From Raillietiella orientalis (lineage: Eukaryota), in NCBI GenBank assembly GCA_036172245.1, contig JAYWIR010000016.1, forward strand, positions 124,001 to 188,000: a stretch of DNA of 64,000 nucleotides. The letters run 5' to 3'. Positions 35,223 to 52,237 of the stretch are shown here, piece by piece (position 1 is the first letter of the stretch; each line of letters begins with the position of its first letter). The notes beneath the pieces were generated by a model that saw nothing but the letters and a program-made list of their open reading frames with translations, searched no databases and was not told the DNA's origin. Made by a program: the position numbers and the translations under genes.

Positions 35223-36349
35223 CCGGAGTGCAACCGGAGCCGGAAGTCGAGGATGTTGACGCGCGGCGGCGAAGGGCGACAAAAGCCTCGCGAGTTGCGG
35301 AACGCACCATAACGGGACAGCTTGCCAGGTGAGGCCGACGTCGGTTTTCCGTTCGTCGCCCGGTTCGCCCGTGCTGCTCCCGCGTTTCCGTGGCGCCCGC
35401 GCACCTCCGTTACGCTTTCCGCTTCGCCGTGGGAGACGACGGTAACGGGGAGGAGGAGGTCCGCGTGGCGCGAGCGAACTGGAGCAATCCGTTTGCCGTT
35501 GCGGAGGGAACGCAGCTGGATCTTCCTCCGGTGGACGTCACAGAAAGGACGCGTCCCACGTTGACCGCAAGGGCGGTGCTCCCCCTCGCGCTCCTTGGCT
35601 GCCGACACGCCACGTCTGGCCCTTCGCTTCCCGGTGTGGTGCTGTGCCTCTCCGTGCCATCCCTCCTTTGCCCGTTCCTCAACCTGCGGACAGTTCCCCT
35701 TGGCAACGGCTTGAGATCGACTTCCTTCCCCCGCGCGCGTCGATGCGCCGTGACGGGAATAGCCAACGGCCGAGAGCGCCTTGAAGTCGAGAGGTGTCCC
35801 GGCGGCGTGCGAACGTGCGGGGGATACGTTGCTTAAGAGTACACGGAGTGGCGAGAAAGTAGGTGCTTCCGTTGTGAATGGTCAATTGTAGGATGTGGGT
35901 CCCTGCGCGCTTGGGAATTTTATTCTCGAATGGGTATGTCCCACGAATGATTGCTTAGGTCACCCGTGTCCCCTTGATGGTTCGTAGGAACCGGCTTGAC
36001 ACCTCCTCCTCCCCCTTGGCTGACAGTTTGATGATCCACGCGGGATGCCGTTTCTGGGGGCATCTCCTTTTCTGCGCGCAAATCCTCGAGTTGGCAGAGT
36101 GCGGATCTTTCCAGAATTTTATGGCTTTGGCTTGGTCGCCCGTGGTGCGCCGGAGTTGACTTTCGCACGTGCGTGGCGAAGAGGTCCACTTCCTTCGCAA
36201 GACCAGGGCCGGGTCATGACTCATGCTCCGTTCCGGTAGGGAGGGGGGGGGGGAAGGAAGGGAAGGTAGGCAGGCAGGCAGGCTTTGTGTTCCTCCGCCT
36301 CGTTAATCGGAACGTGGACGAGTAGCGTAGTAATAGCAATAATAATAAG

Positions 36350-36355
36350 AATAAA
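36350..36355 (+). terminator. Candidate ptc polyadenylation signal (alternative at 37484-37493)
   Basis: AATAAA about 1.1 kb after the predicted stop. Motif only. Confidence 0.35.
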
Positions 36356-39300
36356 GAGGTCTCTCCTCTCCCCGAGTCGTGTGAATGTTGGCGGCGCAGC
36401 CTCCCGTTGAATTATTTGCGTACGCGCTGTCGGCACGGCTGTCTCCTGAAGGTGCCACGTATTTTCGGTTTGTTTTATTTTCCTTCCTTCCTCCCTTTCG
36501 TTTCCGTTTCGGGGATTTTTTTGTTTTTTTTTTTTCATTTCGAAAAGTGGAATCGCGGCGGTGGAAAAATTTTTATCCGATTGGTCCCCTCGGGGTTAAT
36601 GTTACAAGCCAGATTTAAACTCTAGTAAAGTTGACAGGCACACTTGATACAGATGAACAGCTTCCCTTCCCTTATCTAGAGGCGCGTTTCGTTTTGGATG
36701 GATGTGTTGACCCTATCCTCGATAAGATGGTTTTCGTCCACCAGGGAAGAATTCCGACGAAGGCTTCTGTCTCGCCTTTCGCACCGTTTTTGCTGCTTCC
36801 GCGGGTGGTGGTGGTGTCTTAAGCAGGGGGACCCGCGAGGACCGCGACCTCCGCCTCAGCACTCTCCCTCCCTCCCCCCCCCCTTCCTCTCTCTCTCTCT
36901 CTCCCCCTTGCGTTCACACGTTCGTTAGGCCATTACTGGGAAATGTTTTCGAAGCTTCGCGGACGCGCAGGACGCCCAGAAAGGTTCAAAAGGGAGAGCC
37001 ATCCCTATGCTTGCTCGAAGGCAGGTGTGTCTGTCAGGGACTCTCTCCTTTTTTCCTCCCCCCCCCCCCCCCCCTTCTCTGTTCTCGCGCGTTCCGCCTG
37101 CGACTTTAGTCGCTGCCTCGCATTCATGCGGACGTCTCCCGAGAATGCGCTTTGCGGAAAAGTTATGATTCTGTTTTATTTTCCAGGTGCCTCGATAAAG
37201 GAGTCAAGCAGGCGGAAAAGGGGGTCGCCGTGCTCAGAAGATATTTCCTCTTCGTGAAATACCTCTCTGTCCCCCAACTCTGTGATTGGCATCAGCCACC
37301 AAGATATCGCATAATACTCGTCCTATTTATGTTTCTCCCCCCCCCCCCTCTCCTCTCCCCTCCTCCACTCCAAAAAGATGTGATTGCAGCGAAGCTGTTT
37401 CCGTATTTACCCAGAGCTTGTATGACACGTACTGTACACATTGGATAAATTATTTTACTCGCTTTCCAAGAGTGAGAAAGGAGAATAAATAAATTTATTC
37501 TTGTACGTTTCCGCGCGCGTGTCGTGCGCGCGCATCGGTGTTTTGCAGCACGACGGTTTTGCGGTCCCGCGAACCGCGTGTTGGCCACCGTCCGGGCGGC
37601 CCATCCGCAGCCACCCAAGGTCGTGGGTGGGGACCGGAAGACCGCAAAGTGGACCCCGGAGACGAAATCGCCAAGGTTTGTTATGATTCGGCGACCTCCG
37701 AATCGAGGCGGCCAGTGGAGCCGCTTGCGGGCGGGCTGCTTTGGCGCATTCCCGCCGGAGTGGATCCCGCCAAAGGAATGGCGCCCGAAGTTGTTGGCTC
37801 GCAGGAAATCGAAAGCCTCTTCGTTTCTTGAAAGTGAGAGCCTCCATTTGCAAAATAAGTTATTGAAGTCGCAGGGAGGCCCTGCGATGGAATGTGCGCA
37901 CAGTCTCGAAGGCGGCCCCGGCCGTTGGGAGGGAGGGGAGGGGGGGGGGAGGAGGAGGAGGAGGAGGAAAAACCTGTCTTGCGAACGCATCAGTTTTCAC
38001 ACGTATATCGCGGTCGGCCGGGGATCCCCCGCTGGAATTCCCGCGCACCATGGAAACGAACCGATGTGGTGCCGACGGCGCCCGTCGTTCGGATGGGCAT
38101 TTCACGCATGCGCGCACCGATGGACCCACGAGAAGCGGGCGGCTCGCACGGACCCCCCTCCCCGGTTGCCGAAAGCGGGTGGATGCTGGGCCGATGCAGC
38201 CTCGGCCGGAATCGGGAAGAAATCACCGCGCATCTGTGGCACCCCAGGGATCTCCTCCGCTTCGCATGCGGGCAGCAGGCCATTCACGATCCGGCTGCTT
38301 TCTCAAAGCTCGGTCCAGCGCGGAGGAGAGCGCGAAGTTTCCTCGGCCCGGCTGGCGACGGCAAAAATCTTCGAGGTGGAGATTTTCGGGACTCGGAAAG
38401 CGAGATTCCGTGCACGCAGGGCTTTTGTGCCCCGGCGGAGCCCTTCGAAAACTTCCCGCCAAGAAAAAGAGCGAATTCTCCATGCGAGCGTAAGCCCAAC
38501 TCGCCGAGCCGCGGGTCGAGGAAAAACGTCCGTTGCCAAGCGTTTCACCACTCGCGAAAGGTGGTGGGCATCTTCGACCTTTTTTTTTTTTTTTTTTTTT
38601 TTTTCCTACTCCTCCCCCCGTGCAACAGCAAGATCGCTCGAAAACTCGATTTCGCCGCTGCCCATCAGCCATCGATGGGCGCCGCCATTTCCGATTCGCG
38701 TCAGAGCGGCCGTTTCGGCGGTCCCAGCAAACACGTCGGTTGGCACGTAGGCGTTTCCAAGCAAAAAACAAGCCGTTGCCAGGCGCTCCGCATTGTTACG
38801 TGGGTTTCGCCCCGCGAGCGCGTGGCTTTTCGCGGCGCAGGGACGAGTCGCGAGCGTTGTTGATTCGAGGTGCCCCGCCGCCCTTCCGTTTCGCCTTTGC
38901 GTGCCACGAAGCTCCCTCCTGCCCCACGGCACTCTCCAAGAAGGACCAGCGCCAGCAACGGAAGGCGGATGCAGCGGCCACCCGAGATTCGTGCCCGCCA
39001 GCAAACAGGTCGCCCTCCCGGTAGCCTTTCGCGTTTCCAAGCCTTGGCGTGCGTCAGCCCTGCCAGGCCAGCCCTCGCTGCTGCCGGGGACTCCCGCGGC
39101 AGCTGCAGGCGGGCCGCTCGCCGGGTCGAAGCGCACGCGCCCGCGGGCGGACTGCGCAGGAGCGCAGCGCCCCGGATCAGCTTTGCCGTTCCCTCTCTTA
39201 GAAGGTTCCCTGCCGGAGGTTCGTTGCCGCTGCTTCCCTGTCACCCCCGCTCAGCATCCGCCGCCAGGCCGATGGGGTCGGTAAGCCAGGCGATCCTCGG

Positions 39301-42300
39301 CATCACCCCGAGGGATGGAAAGGAAAGCGAGAGGAAGGGCGGGAGTGGAGGAGGCTGCGGCGCGGCAGCCGACCGGGAACGAAGCAGAAGGTCTTCTTGG
39401 AAGCTTCGGCAGAACTCTCTGTGCCTGCGCGAACTTCCGATGCCCCCCTCCTCCCCCCTCTAAAGGGAGTGCCGAGCGCGTCCCATCGTGTCTTTCCGAA
39501 CCTCCCTCGCTCTTTCCGCGGTCCCTTTCCTCCCGCTCTACTGCTTCCACCGCCTTGACTGTCCTTGTCTTCCATCCCAACGCCCTGGAAGTTGGCTCTC
39601 GATTGCGCCAAACCGACCTTGCACCGACACGCTTACTCTTAAGCATATCAACTTTGCAGCTCGGCGCAGAGGGAGTCTAAGGGCGGGGAAGCGGTCGTCG
39701 CATCCGAAGGAGACCCACTCCCCATGGCCTTCGCCTCGCTGCCGCGTCACCTCCGTAACGGTCCTCTTCGATTGCCCCGGGGGAACTCCCCTTCGTGGGT
39801 AATCGGGAAGGCTCCCCCTTTCGTGTGCAGGAAGCATTTCGATGCGTTCGTCCCCTCCCCCTTGCCTCCTCCTTTCCCTCTCCATCTCTGCCCCGCACGC
39901 TTGCCGACGGGAGTGCTGCTTTCCCTCCGGCCAGGGTGAATCTCCGCGGACCGCCAAGCTGGTGTTCATCCCTTGCGCGCGCCCTTGGGGTTTTCCCCCT
40001 GCTCCTGGAGCTGAGGGAGAGGAAGAAGGAAACCCTCCTGGCTCCACATGGTGGGAGCCAGGAGGGAAGGGAGGGGGGCAGGACACTGACTAGCCCTGAC
40101 CTGCCGGACTGGGGTGGGGAGTCCTCGACCATAGAGGGAAGTTTCCGGGGTCTCTGGACGTCTGAGGGTGCGGCAGAAGTCATCGGGTGCCGGGGAACCT
40201 TAAGACCACCAAAGCGCGGTCTTGCCCGCGCTCCTTGAGGTGCTTCGCCGAATGGATTCCCGGGCAAAGTGGCCTGTGGGTGGTTCGCTCATAGATGCTG
40301 ACACGGGAGCCACGCAATGGTTGCATAAGATTTCGCTATCCTTCCGCGGCACCACCCTAGACTCCTGGAGAGAGAGAGACAGGGGGATGTTTGCCTTTGG
40401 AGCACAGGCGGGCGAGAGACGATAGTATTGGGAGGAGGGGAAGGAGAGTGAGCGTTGGAGGAGGAGGGGCACGAAGACGCTCTGCTTCATCTCCGAAGCT
40501 GAAGGGGGAGGAAGGAGTAACGTACTCCCGTGTCGCTCCCGTCCCTGCGTCAGCAGACCCTCGGCAGGTATCCTCCCTCTCCTCTCCCGTATCTTTGCCG
40601 TCGACACGTTCTGCGTCGCTCCTCCCAGCATCGAGCATGCTGGGAACGGACTTGTATTTCTTCGACCTCGGGAAGTCAGAGGAAGGTTCGAGAGTCGGCC
40701 GGCTGCGTCCAGGGTTCGCCTTCCTCTCCGGGCGCTGTAGACCCTCAGGGGAAGCGGGCTGAGGGTGAGCGGGGTATGCCCCAGCGAATGAACTCCGGGC
40801 CTCCGGTGCCTTCCCGGTCTCCCACGCCGTCGGCCACCGGCTCCTCTTCTGTTCCACGAGCGTGCTCCCGGGCTGGCTGCAGTTGCGCGATTTCCAGTGC
40901 AGGGCGCCTCCGAAGTCGTATTCCAGAAGCTCAGGAGTCCCTCTGCTGGATTTCGTCTCCAGTCTGAGGAAATTCACTTGGTGGTAGGGAGCACGGAGAC
41001 TGGTCTTTTTCATACACATTCTTTCAAGGGTTCATGAGAGGGAGATCCGATGCTTACAAGGCATCACTCGCAGCAGGCTTCCCGAAACTGTAGCCAAGAT
41101 GGCGAACTGTCCAGCTTCCATGCTTCATTAATTGAAAAATAAAAAATAGAAAGATAGGAACCCACTTTCGTCGCACAGTACTTTTTCCCCCCCTCTCTCT
41201 CTCTCTTCTCTCTTGTGTCCACTGCTTCAAATGAAGGATGTGTTCTTTGAAACGCTGCGCCCGGTTTCTGCAAAGCGGTGCCCTCCCTCACCTTTCTTCC
41301 GTTGTCTCCGTTTCCTTCCTTCAACAGAGACGATGGTTCGGGAGCAGTGGGCGACGACGCTGCTTCTAAACAGAGGGAGAGCATGGAGTGTGGGCGGGTG
41401 CCTCGCAGGAGACGCGTGTATCTTCGGCATGGCTCGGACGCCTGCGCATGCCACGCAACCACTCCTGCTGACCTTCATCCTCGTGTGGAATCTCCACGAG
41501 CGGGTTCTTTGCAGAGCAGTGCTTGCCACAACCGGAAGGGAAAGCAAGGCCGATACCGGCATAACTGAACGTGGAGGAGGCAGCGGTTTTGAAATCCGAA
41601 AAGGGAGAACTCGAATTGCACGAACTCGGCTGCTGCCCGGTGCAGGGCAGGGGGCGAGGAAAGGTTTGGGAGCTGTGCTTTCGGCGGCGCGAGTACACCT
41701 TCTAGGAAATCACACTTCATCAGGATCTTTGATGCAGTGTGACTGTGGTGAAACCCCTCCAATAAAGAAACTCCCTGGTAGGAAATCACAGAATAAAACC
41801 AAGAATTGGACATGGAAAGCCATCGAGCTGTTCGTGGGTTTGGGGCGACTGGAAAGTCATCGCAAAGATACCGTGAGATGCCGCCATGCAAGGAGCTTCT
41901 GTATGCCTCGTGTCTACAGGGTGTGATGTCGGGAAAGCGAAAGAGAAACATTGGTCAATTTCCAGTCGTACTTCGCTTCCCTCAAAACCGCATGAGAACA
42001 AAGATCCAAGGGTTTCGAGAGGCAAAGTATGACCTCGAAATTCTGGGCAGCATATTCCTTAGTCACAGTACCAAAAAAACAAAAACAAAGGAATGGACAC
42101 ACAGAAGCTGCTCCAAATTCAGAAGCACCGATCATTCTCTCAAGGATACAATACTACAGAAGAACGTTGGAATGGGCACCCATGACCGAATACAAGGTTC
42201 CTTCATACGAAGAAATCGCAAAGATTCCGTACGTTTTGTACGTTACTTCGTGTAACCAATCCGAGGCCACAGAAAGTTAACAGGTACGCTATGTTGCTCG

Positions 42301-45287
42301 TCTAAAAACTAACACCGAAAAGTAAGCCAGAGAGACGTATACTTAAAATCCAGATGTCGAAACCTAACTTGTTCTAACTCAAAGCTAGATGGCAACCGGC
42401 GATTTCAACGGAAAAATAGGAGGCCCCGAAATTTCACAATTTGCATTTTGAGATATAGAAGCATATGCAGTGTACATAAAAGCTTAGCTGTACAGGAACC
42501 AGGAGACTCGAATCAAGACTCAACAGACTTTCGCGAAAACTCAAAATGAATCCATCTCCTTATTTTTCATAGAATTCTGAGCGGGATGAAGACAGCGACG
42601 GCACCAGCTGAGAGAGTGATTGAAAAAAGTTCTTCCATTTGCCAGGAACTTTAAGAGAAGACGAAAAGTCCAAGCATGCCGAAAGGAACAGAAAAAACAA
42701 AAAATCCATGTTCCTTCAAAATAGGAGACGGCCTTAGGATCGAGTTGAAGAAAAAGTTTTCAAAAACTTTTTCTTAGAATGGCGAAGAGTTATGGTTTGC
42801 TATATGCATTTGGGATTTCTTCTCCTTTTCATGACGATAGAATCACATTCTACGTATTCTTTTAATATTTGCAGCCCAAGTTAAAGAACATCGATTAGCT
42901 TATAACTTTAGAGAGTTAAAGTGCTTTTTAGAGCAAGTATGTGGCTTTTTATTGTTTTTTTTTTTGGATGAGTTTTTGAAAAACAATTTTTTTTCCCCGC
43001 ATTATGAGGACTTATGATTTCAGTTTGCCGAAGTGAATGCATAGTGTTTGAGAATATGAGAATCTTCTGCTATATTTTTCCACTCGCACGAGTTCTCGTG
43101 GACTAAAATGGATTTCCCTAGAAAGTTTTGTATGGTGTCAGTCACCACATCTGGAAACCGTCGTGATAAACACTCCTATAATCGTAGGGCGTGTCGGTTT
43201 TCACCTATTTTACGTTTCGTCTCAATGCATCGAGAGCACGTCGTTTCAGCCCAAGAATGTCCTAAGGAGCACATTATGCAATTGCACCTTAGCAGTAAAC
43301 AACAAAAGGATTCCGTGTTTATTTAATTTCTGTTTAATTTGGCATTTTATATCATCCGTTCCATCTGTGATTTTAGACTCATTCGATCGTAGCATCATCA
43401 TCTCCAAAAGTGCAACAGCTATCGTCGTATAAGGGCAACACGAGCTCTTTAAACGATGGAAGTGATGAACGTAGTCGTACTTGATGGGACGTGAAGGAAA
43501 ACATAAAAAACGATCGAAATTGTCTTTGCGTTTCTAATTTATTTCAGTTTGAGGGAATACATGAATAAAATACATAAATACTCGGCTGAAATCACACTTG
43601 AACGACGGAAAAAATTTCGTGTAGAAATATTCCTCATCTCTTGTGATACTCTTGGATAGAAATAATGAAAGTTACATTTGTTGTAGTAGATTCTCTTGTC
43701 GAGGACAAAAAAAATTTCCCTTAGCTGGTTAACTGAATTTCATACAAGGGAGTGAGACCCTATCGAAATTCGCTGCTGGAATATAAGTATTGAATAAAAA
43801 TTTTTATGGGGGAAGTGGTAACGGCGCAGTAGGTACATTGTCTTTTGAGGAATAAATGATGAAAGGAACGTAGGTATCATAAATTGTATTACAACTATAT
43901 TTGGATATACGAACTTATAAAGATCCTAAGTTCGTAGAAAACAGGAGGTAATTTCTATGCACTTTCATGTAAATTGCAAACTGTTCTAACTGGAAGTAAT
44001 TTCAATTGTGGATAATGAACGGCAATTTTTGCTGCACAAAAAAAAATTGCCCCTAAATTCCTTTTCCCTTGTTTTTTTTTATTAGCAGCGTTGCAGTTCT
44101 TGTATGCAGAAACGTTTCTAAAGTCAGGAGGGGGAGTAAATGAAGGAAGCTGTGATTGAGTCTGAAATTTTTTTCTTTTTTTTACTGTTGACCTTTGAGA
44201 AAAGTGCATTGCTGTAGAACATCCAGGGAGACTTGCTCAAAAGTTACTTTAGGTGGTCTTTCTGAGTGAAGGTTCTGAGTTGGTTTCAAGAACGGCGGCA
44301 TTAGGTTTCCTTTCAGTAGATGTACTTAAACGCAGAACTTAAATAGATACCTACTAATAAAGTTATGTTTAATACAGTGTGCGCCTTAATTTCGTTAAAA
44401 ACGTGAACCTTCTCATTGATGCGTTTAAATTGGGATGCATTAATAAGTGTGAGCGTTTTTTTTCGTTTCATTCATGAAGTTATCATGCAAAGGGTTCACC
44501 CTTTCCCAGTATTCCCGTGTGTTCCATAACTTTCGTCTCACCGTTTTTGATTAAGGGCAAGATGCAATTCTTTCTTGCATAAACAGATGTACTTGTTTCT
44601 GTTCGATTCTCTTATTGTGAATGCTGTTGTCAGAATGAGAAGGTGCAGTTCTCTAGAATAAGGTTTTCAGAGTAATCCCCATTTCTTTATGTTATAGAAT
44701 TTTAAATAGATTGTGGTATCTGTAGATTTGTGAACAGCCTTGGAATGAGTGAGTGCATTGCTTTCTTAGAAATATGTGCAGTAGCTATTGTGATGTATTT
44801 AATGTAACGTATTTTGTGATTAATAATAGTTTTTGTAGAAAATCATCATTGTTTTGATTTTATTTCATCCATTGTAAATCTATCATATAATCTAATTGAG
44901 ATTCATGTAATCATAAGTTTTCTTTACCAGTAGCTTGAAATTTTTCCCTGTGCCAGTCAGCATTTTATGTGCCAAAACAGATGTTATACATGTGACACGA
45001 AGTTATGTAAGCTGTATTTGCATTAATGCTAAGATCCTGTAACTTTCGAGAATGTATTATGGTTTGCAAATGCTCTAGGTTAGATAAATTAGGATTTTTC
45101 ATGAGATGTGCAAATCATTTTCTGAATCAAAACCAGATAACTATGTTATTTTTTGTGTAAAATTTATAAGTGAAAGTTTCAAAAACTAATCAGTTCATCA
45201 GGATTTAAAAGTGAGTAAATAGGGCTTCCTTATATAGTTAGTAAGTATCCAGACTGATATCAAAAACTTAATTCTTTCTGATTTTAG

Positions 45288-48074
45288 ATGGATGACTCCA
45301 GCATATATCCAGAAACTCCATTGGTTGTTCCAGCAGACATAACTCCTGAGGGAAGCCCCAAGTTCCTGCAAGAAGCGAGTTCCTTTAGTGTTGTGTTTTC
45401 CAAAAGTAGAGCAAGCACTTGTGAATCTCCTGAACCAAACTGTCCAATATGTTTAGGAAAATCAGAAAACAAGTCTTTTACTGACTCTTGTTTCCATCAG
45501 TTCTGTTTCACATGTTTGTTGGAATGGTCAAAGGTAATAACTGTTTTCAAGCTTATGTAGTTGAAGTCATATCAAAATTGGAACCTTTCCAACCTTGTTA
45601 AAAGTAATGTAACATAGGAGTGATATGTGAAGATCCCTGTTTTAATTGCAGCTGTATACACAAGATAACACATAACCTTTTTTGTTATTTTATTGGAAGA
45701 TCCACTTGCTATTTGTTTCAAGTCTAAAGGTCTTGTGAAAATGTGCAAAAAAAGCGTTTCATGTTGCATGTAAGTTTTTGTATAAAATGAGAAAAATTTG
45801 TACCATTTCATTCTGCAACGCTTACACAGTATGCAGATTAAAAAAGAAAAAAAAATCATTTGACATTTTTAAAAATTAGTTTGTAATTTCAAGTTTTTTA
45901 TCTCCAGTCATCATTGATCATGGCTATTGAGATTCAAACTTTCAAAAACGCGATTCCTAATTTCCTTTGAATGCATTCATTTTCTTACATATCGGTTGTG
46001 TTAAATGTTATTTCCTACATATGTTTGGGTTGTTGTTTTCTTCTCATTTAGACTTGTGTAAACTATAACGTTTTTGCCAGTGTGTTAAGTTCCTGAAACT
46101 GTTATAATTTGGAATGGATTTTAAATTTAAAGGTACAGCTGAATTAACTGGTATTTCCTTATAAAAACATTTTGTAAGCAAGCAGCTGGGAAACAGTGTA
46201 CTCCATAAAAAGTTCTTTATGGCCCTTTTTCTTATAAAATGTAGGTAAATTCATTTCTAGCATTATGATATACTGATTTTTGGAGTTCTTGTGACATGCA
46301 TGAGAATTAATTGGTTGCTCACTGTAGCACATTGTGTTTTACCGCATCTTTGGTTGACAAAAATTGTACATTTGATTCATGAAACGTTTCTTTAAGAGTA
46401 TGCTCTGTCACTATCCTTTAGACTTTCATATTTCAGAATTTGTTTTATGCTATGTTTGTTGTCATGGCTTTTCAATGTGTATATGTCCATTAGGTACAGG
46501 CAGTTTGTCCTCTGTGTAAGCAGCCATTCCGTTCTATCATTCACAATGTTCGTTCCAACAATCAGTATGACCAGTATGAGGTTCCAGCTCCTCAGTCAAG
46601 AAACTCTTCAGATTGGACGGAGTTGCAGATCATTCAGATGGGCAGGCGTTTCCGTTATAGGTTGGTTTTTGGTTTGACTGGATCCTGATCCCCACTGAAG
46701 TGTCTTCGATTGCTTAAAAACGAATTTCATTTTCCAGGACCACTATGACACCTGATGCTATGCGCCTAATGTCACAGAGAAATGCCATGTATGATTATTT
46801 GCCTACAGAAGTGCGTCCCAGACGCTCTACCAGAAACATGTGGTCTTCTTTTCAACAGACCTCTTCTAGTGATTTTAGAAGAGCCATTTATTATCACGAC
46901 ATGTGGGTGGAGCCTGTAAGTGACTTAACAGGAAGATATAGGGAGTGTTCACCAGAGTTCTATAGGTATACTCATTATTGTAAATAATGATGCTTTACCT
47001 AAGCTTGTGCTTCAACTGTTTTCCAGAAACAATCCAGCTTCTACACATAGACTGATCCCATGGCTAAATAGAGAATTGAATGCGATCTTAGAAAATCCTA
47101 CAAGTATCATGTATGTGATGGAGTTCATCCTATATCTAATTACCGTATTTGACATTTGTGCACCACAGTTTCGTGATCGCATCATAGGTTTTGTCCGTGA
47201 TAACACAGATCATTTTATTCACGAATTTTATTCCTTTGCTCGCTCCCCTTTTGATATGGTGGGCTATGATCAGCATATACACTATCCATCTCGTAGACCA
47301 ACGGTCTCTGTTCCATCTTTACAATCTGTTGTATCTGATGATGACAGCGATGTCATTGTTCTCTCTCCTGAAATCAATCGACACTCCACATTCTGCAACA
47401 ATCTCCATGAAACCCATAATCCTGAGCCACCATCTAGCAGAAGTGCTCTTTTAAACTGTGTTGCAAATCGTTCTCAGCCTAGCACATCTGGACAGAGTGA
47501 TTTGCCTGATAATGTAGGCAGTTCAGGTGATGAAGTGGAAATCATTGAAGTGATGAAGCCACGCCATGAGAGGACACCAGTGATTATCACTTTAAGTGAA
47601 ACAGAATCAGAGGAGCATATCAGGCCAAGAAGAGCAGCAACAAAAAGGAACTATATTTTCTCTGATTCTGATTCTTCATGTGATAGCACACCTGTTCTAT
47701 GTAAAAAGCCCAAAGTGCGCACAACAGCCCATCATCGACTAGCACAGTTACAAAGCAGTGAAAGTGAAATAGAATCTCCAGAGACACCAAGTGCCTATAA
47801 GCCACGTTTAGATAGATCCAAGTTCAGAGAGAACCATAAACAGTGTACATCCAAAATGCAGCATAGAAACCCTCCCCGAAGTGTCATTGTGGTAAAAGAA
47901 GACAGCAGTAGCAGTCACACAAGTAGTTCCAGTCGACATCACCATAAATTAAAGAAAACAAAGAAACATAAACACAGGAAACATAGGCACGAATCAAGGC
48001 AGCATAGGGATTCTGACAGTAGCACTCACAGCAAGTCACTCAAGCTCAAGATTCGCATTAAGCAACCTCTATAA
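45288..48074 (+). CDS. Topors: E3 ubiquitin/SUMO ligase Topors (RING-HC), 4 coding exons
   Basis: Exons 45288-45533, 46494-46660, 46738-46965, 47027-48074. RING CPICL...DSCFHQFCFTCLLEWSK|VQAVCPLCKQPF, then RRFRYRTT, SPEFYRNNPASTHRLIPWLNREL, TDHFIHEFYSFARSPFDMVGYD, SIM-like DVIVLS/VEIIEV/VIITLS and a basic K/H-rich tail. The ATG directly follows an acceptor (ttttag), implying an upstream exon. Confidence 0.93.
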
Positions 48075-48108
48075 ATGCAAATTCTGAACTATTGTATCTG
48101 TTGGCGCA

Positions 48109-48114
48109 AATAAA
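48109..48114 (+). terminator. Candidate Topors poly(A) signal
   Basis: AATAAA 34 nt after the stop codon. Confidence 0.55.
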
Positions 48115-48138
48115 TGGTGTACTTTTCCTTTTCTGCCG

Positions 48139-52237
<4,099 letters not shown>

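Noticed and set aside
1..42000. Hundreds of 60-400 aa ORFs in the track (e.g. 37524..38750, 12619..13674, 33661..34632, 8543..9454)
   Set aside because: Low-complexity R/G/P/A-rich translations expected from high GC and homopolymer runs. They overlap in all frames, have no recognisable domains, and many are intronic or antisense to ptc.
41400..42280. Faint piggyBac-transposase-like phrases (VHLLGNH; QKNVGMGTHDRIQGSFIRRNRK)
   Set aside because: Too degenerate. No catalytic motif, TIR or TTAA pair identified; needs blastx.
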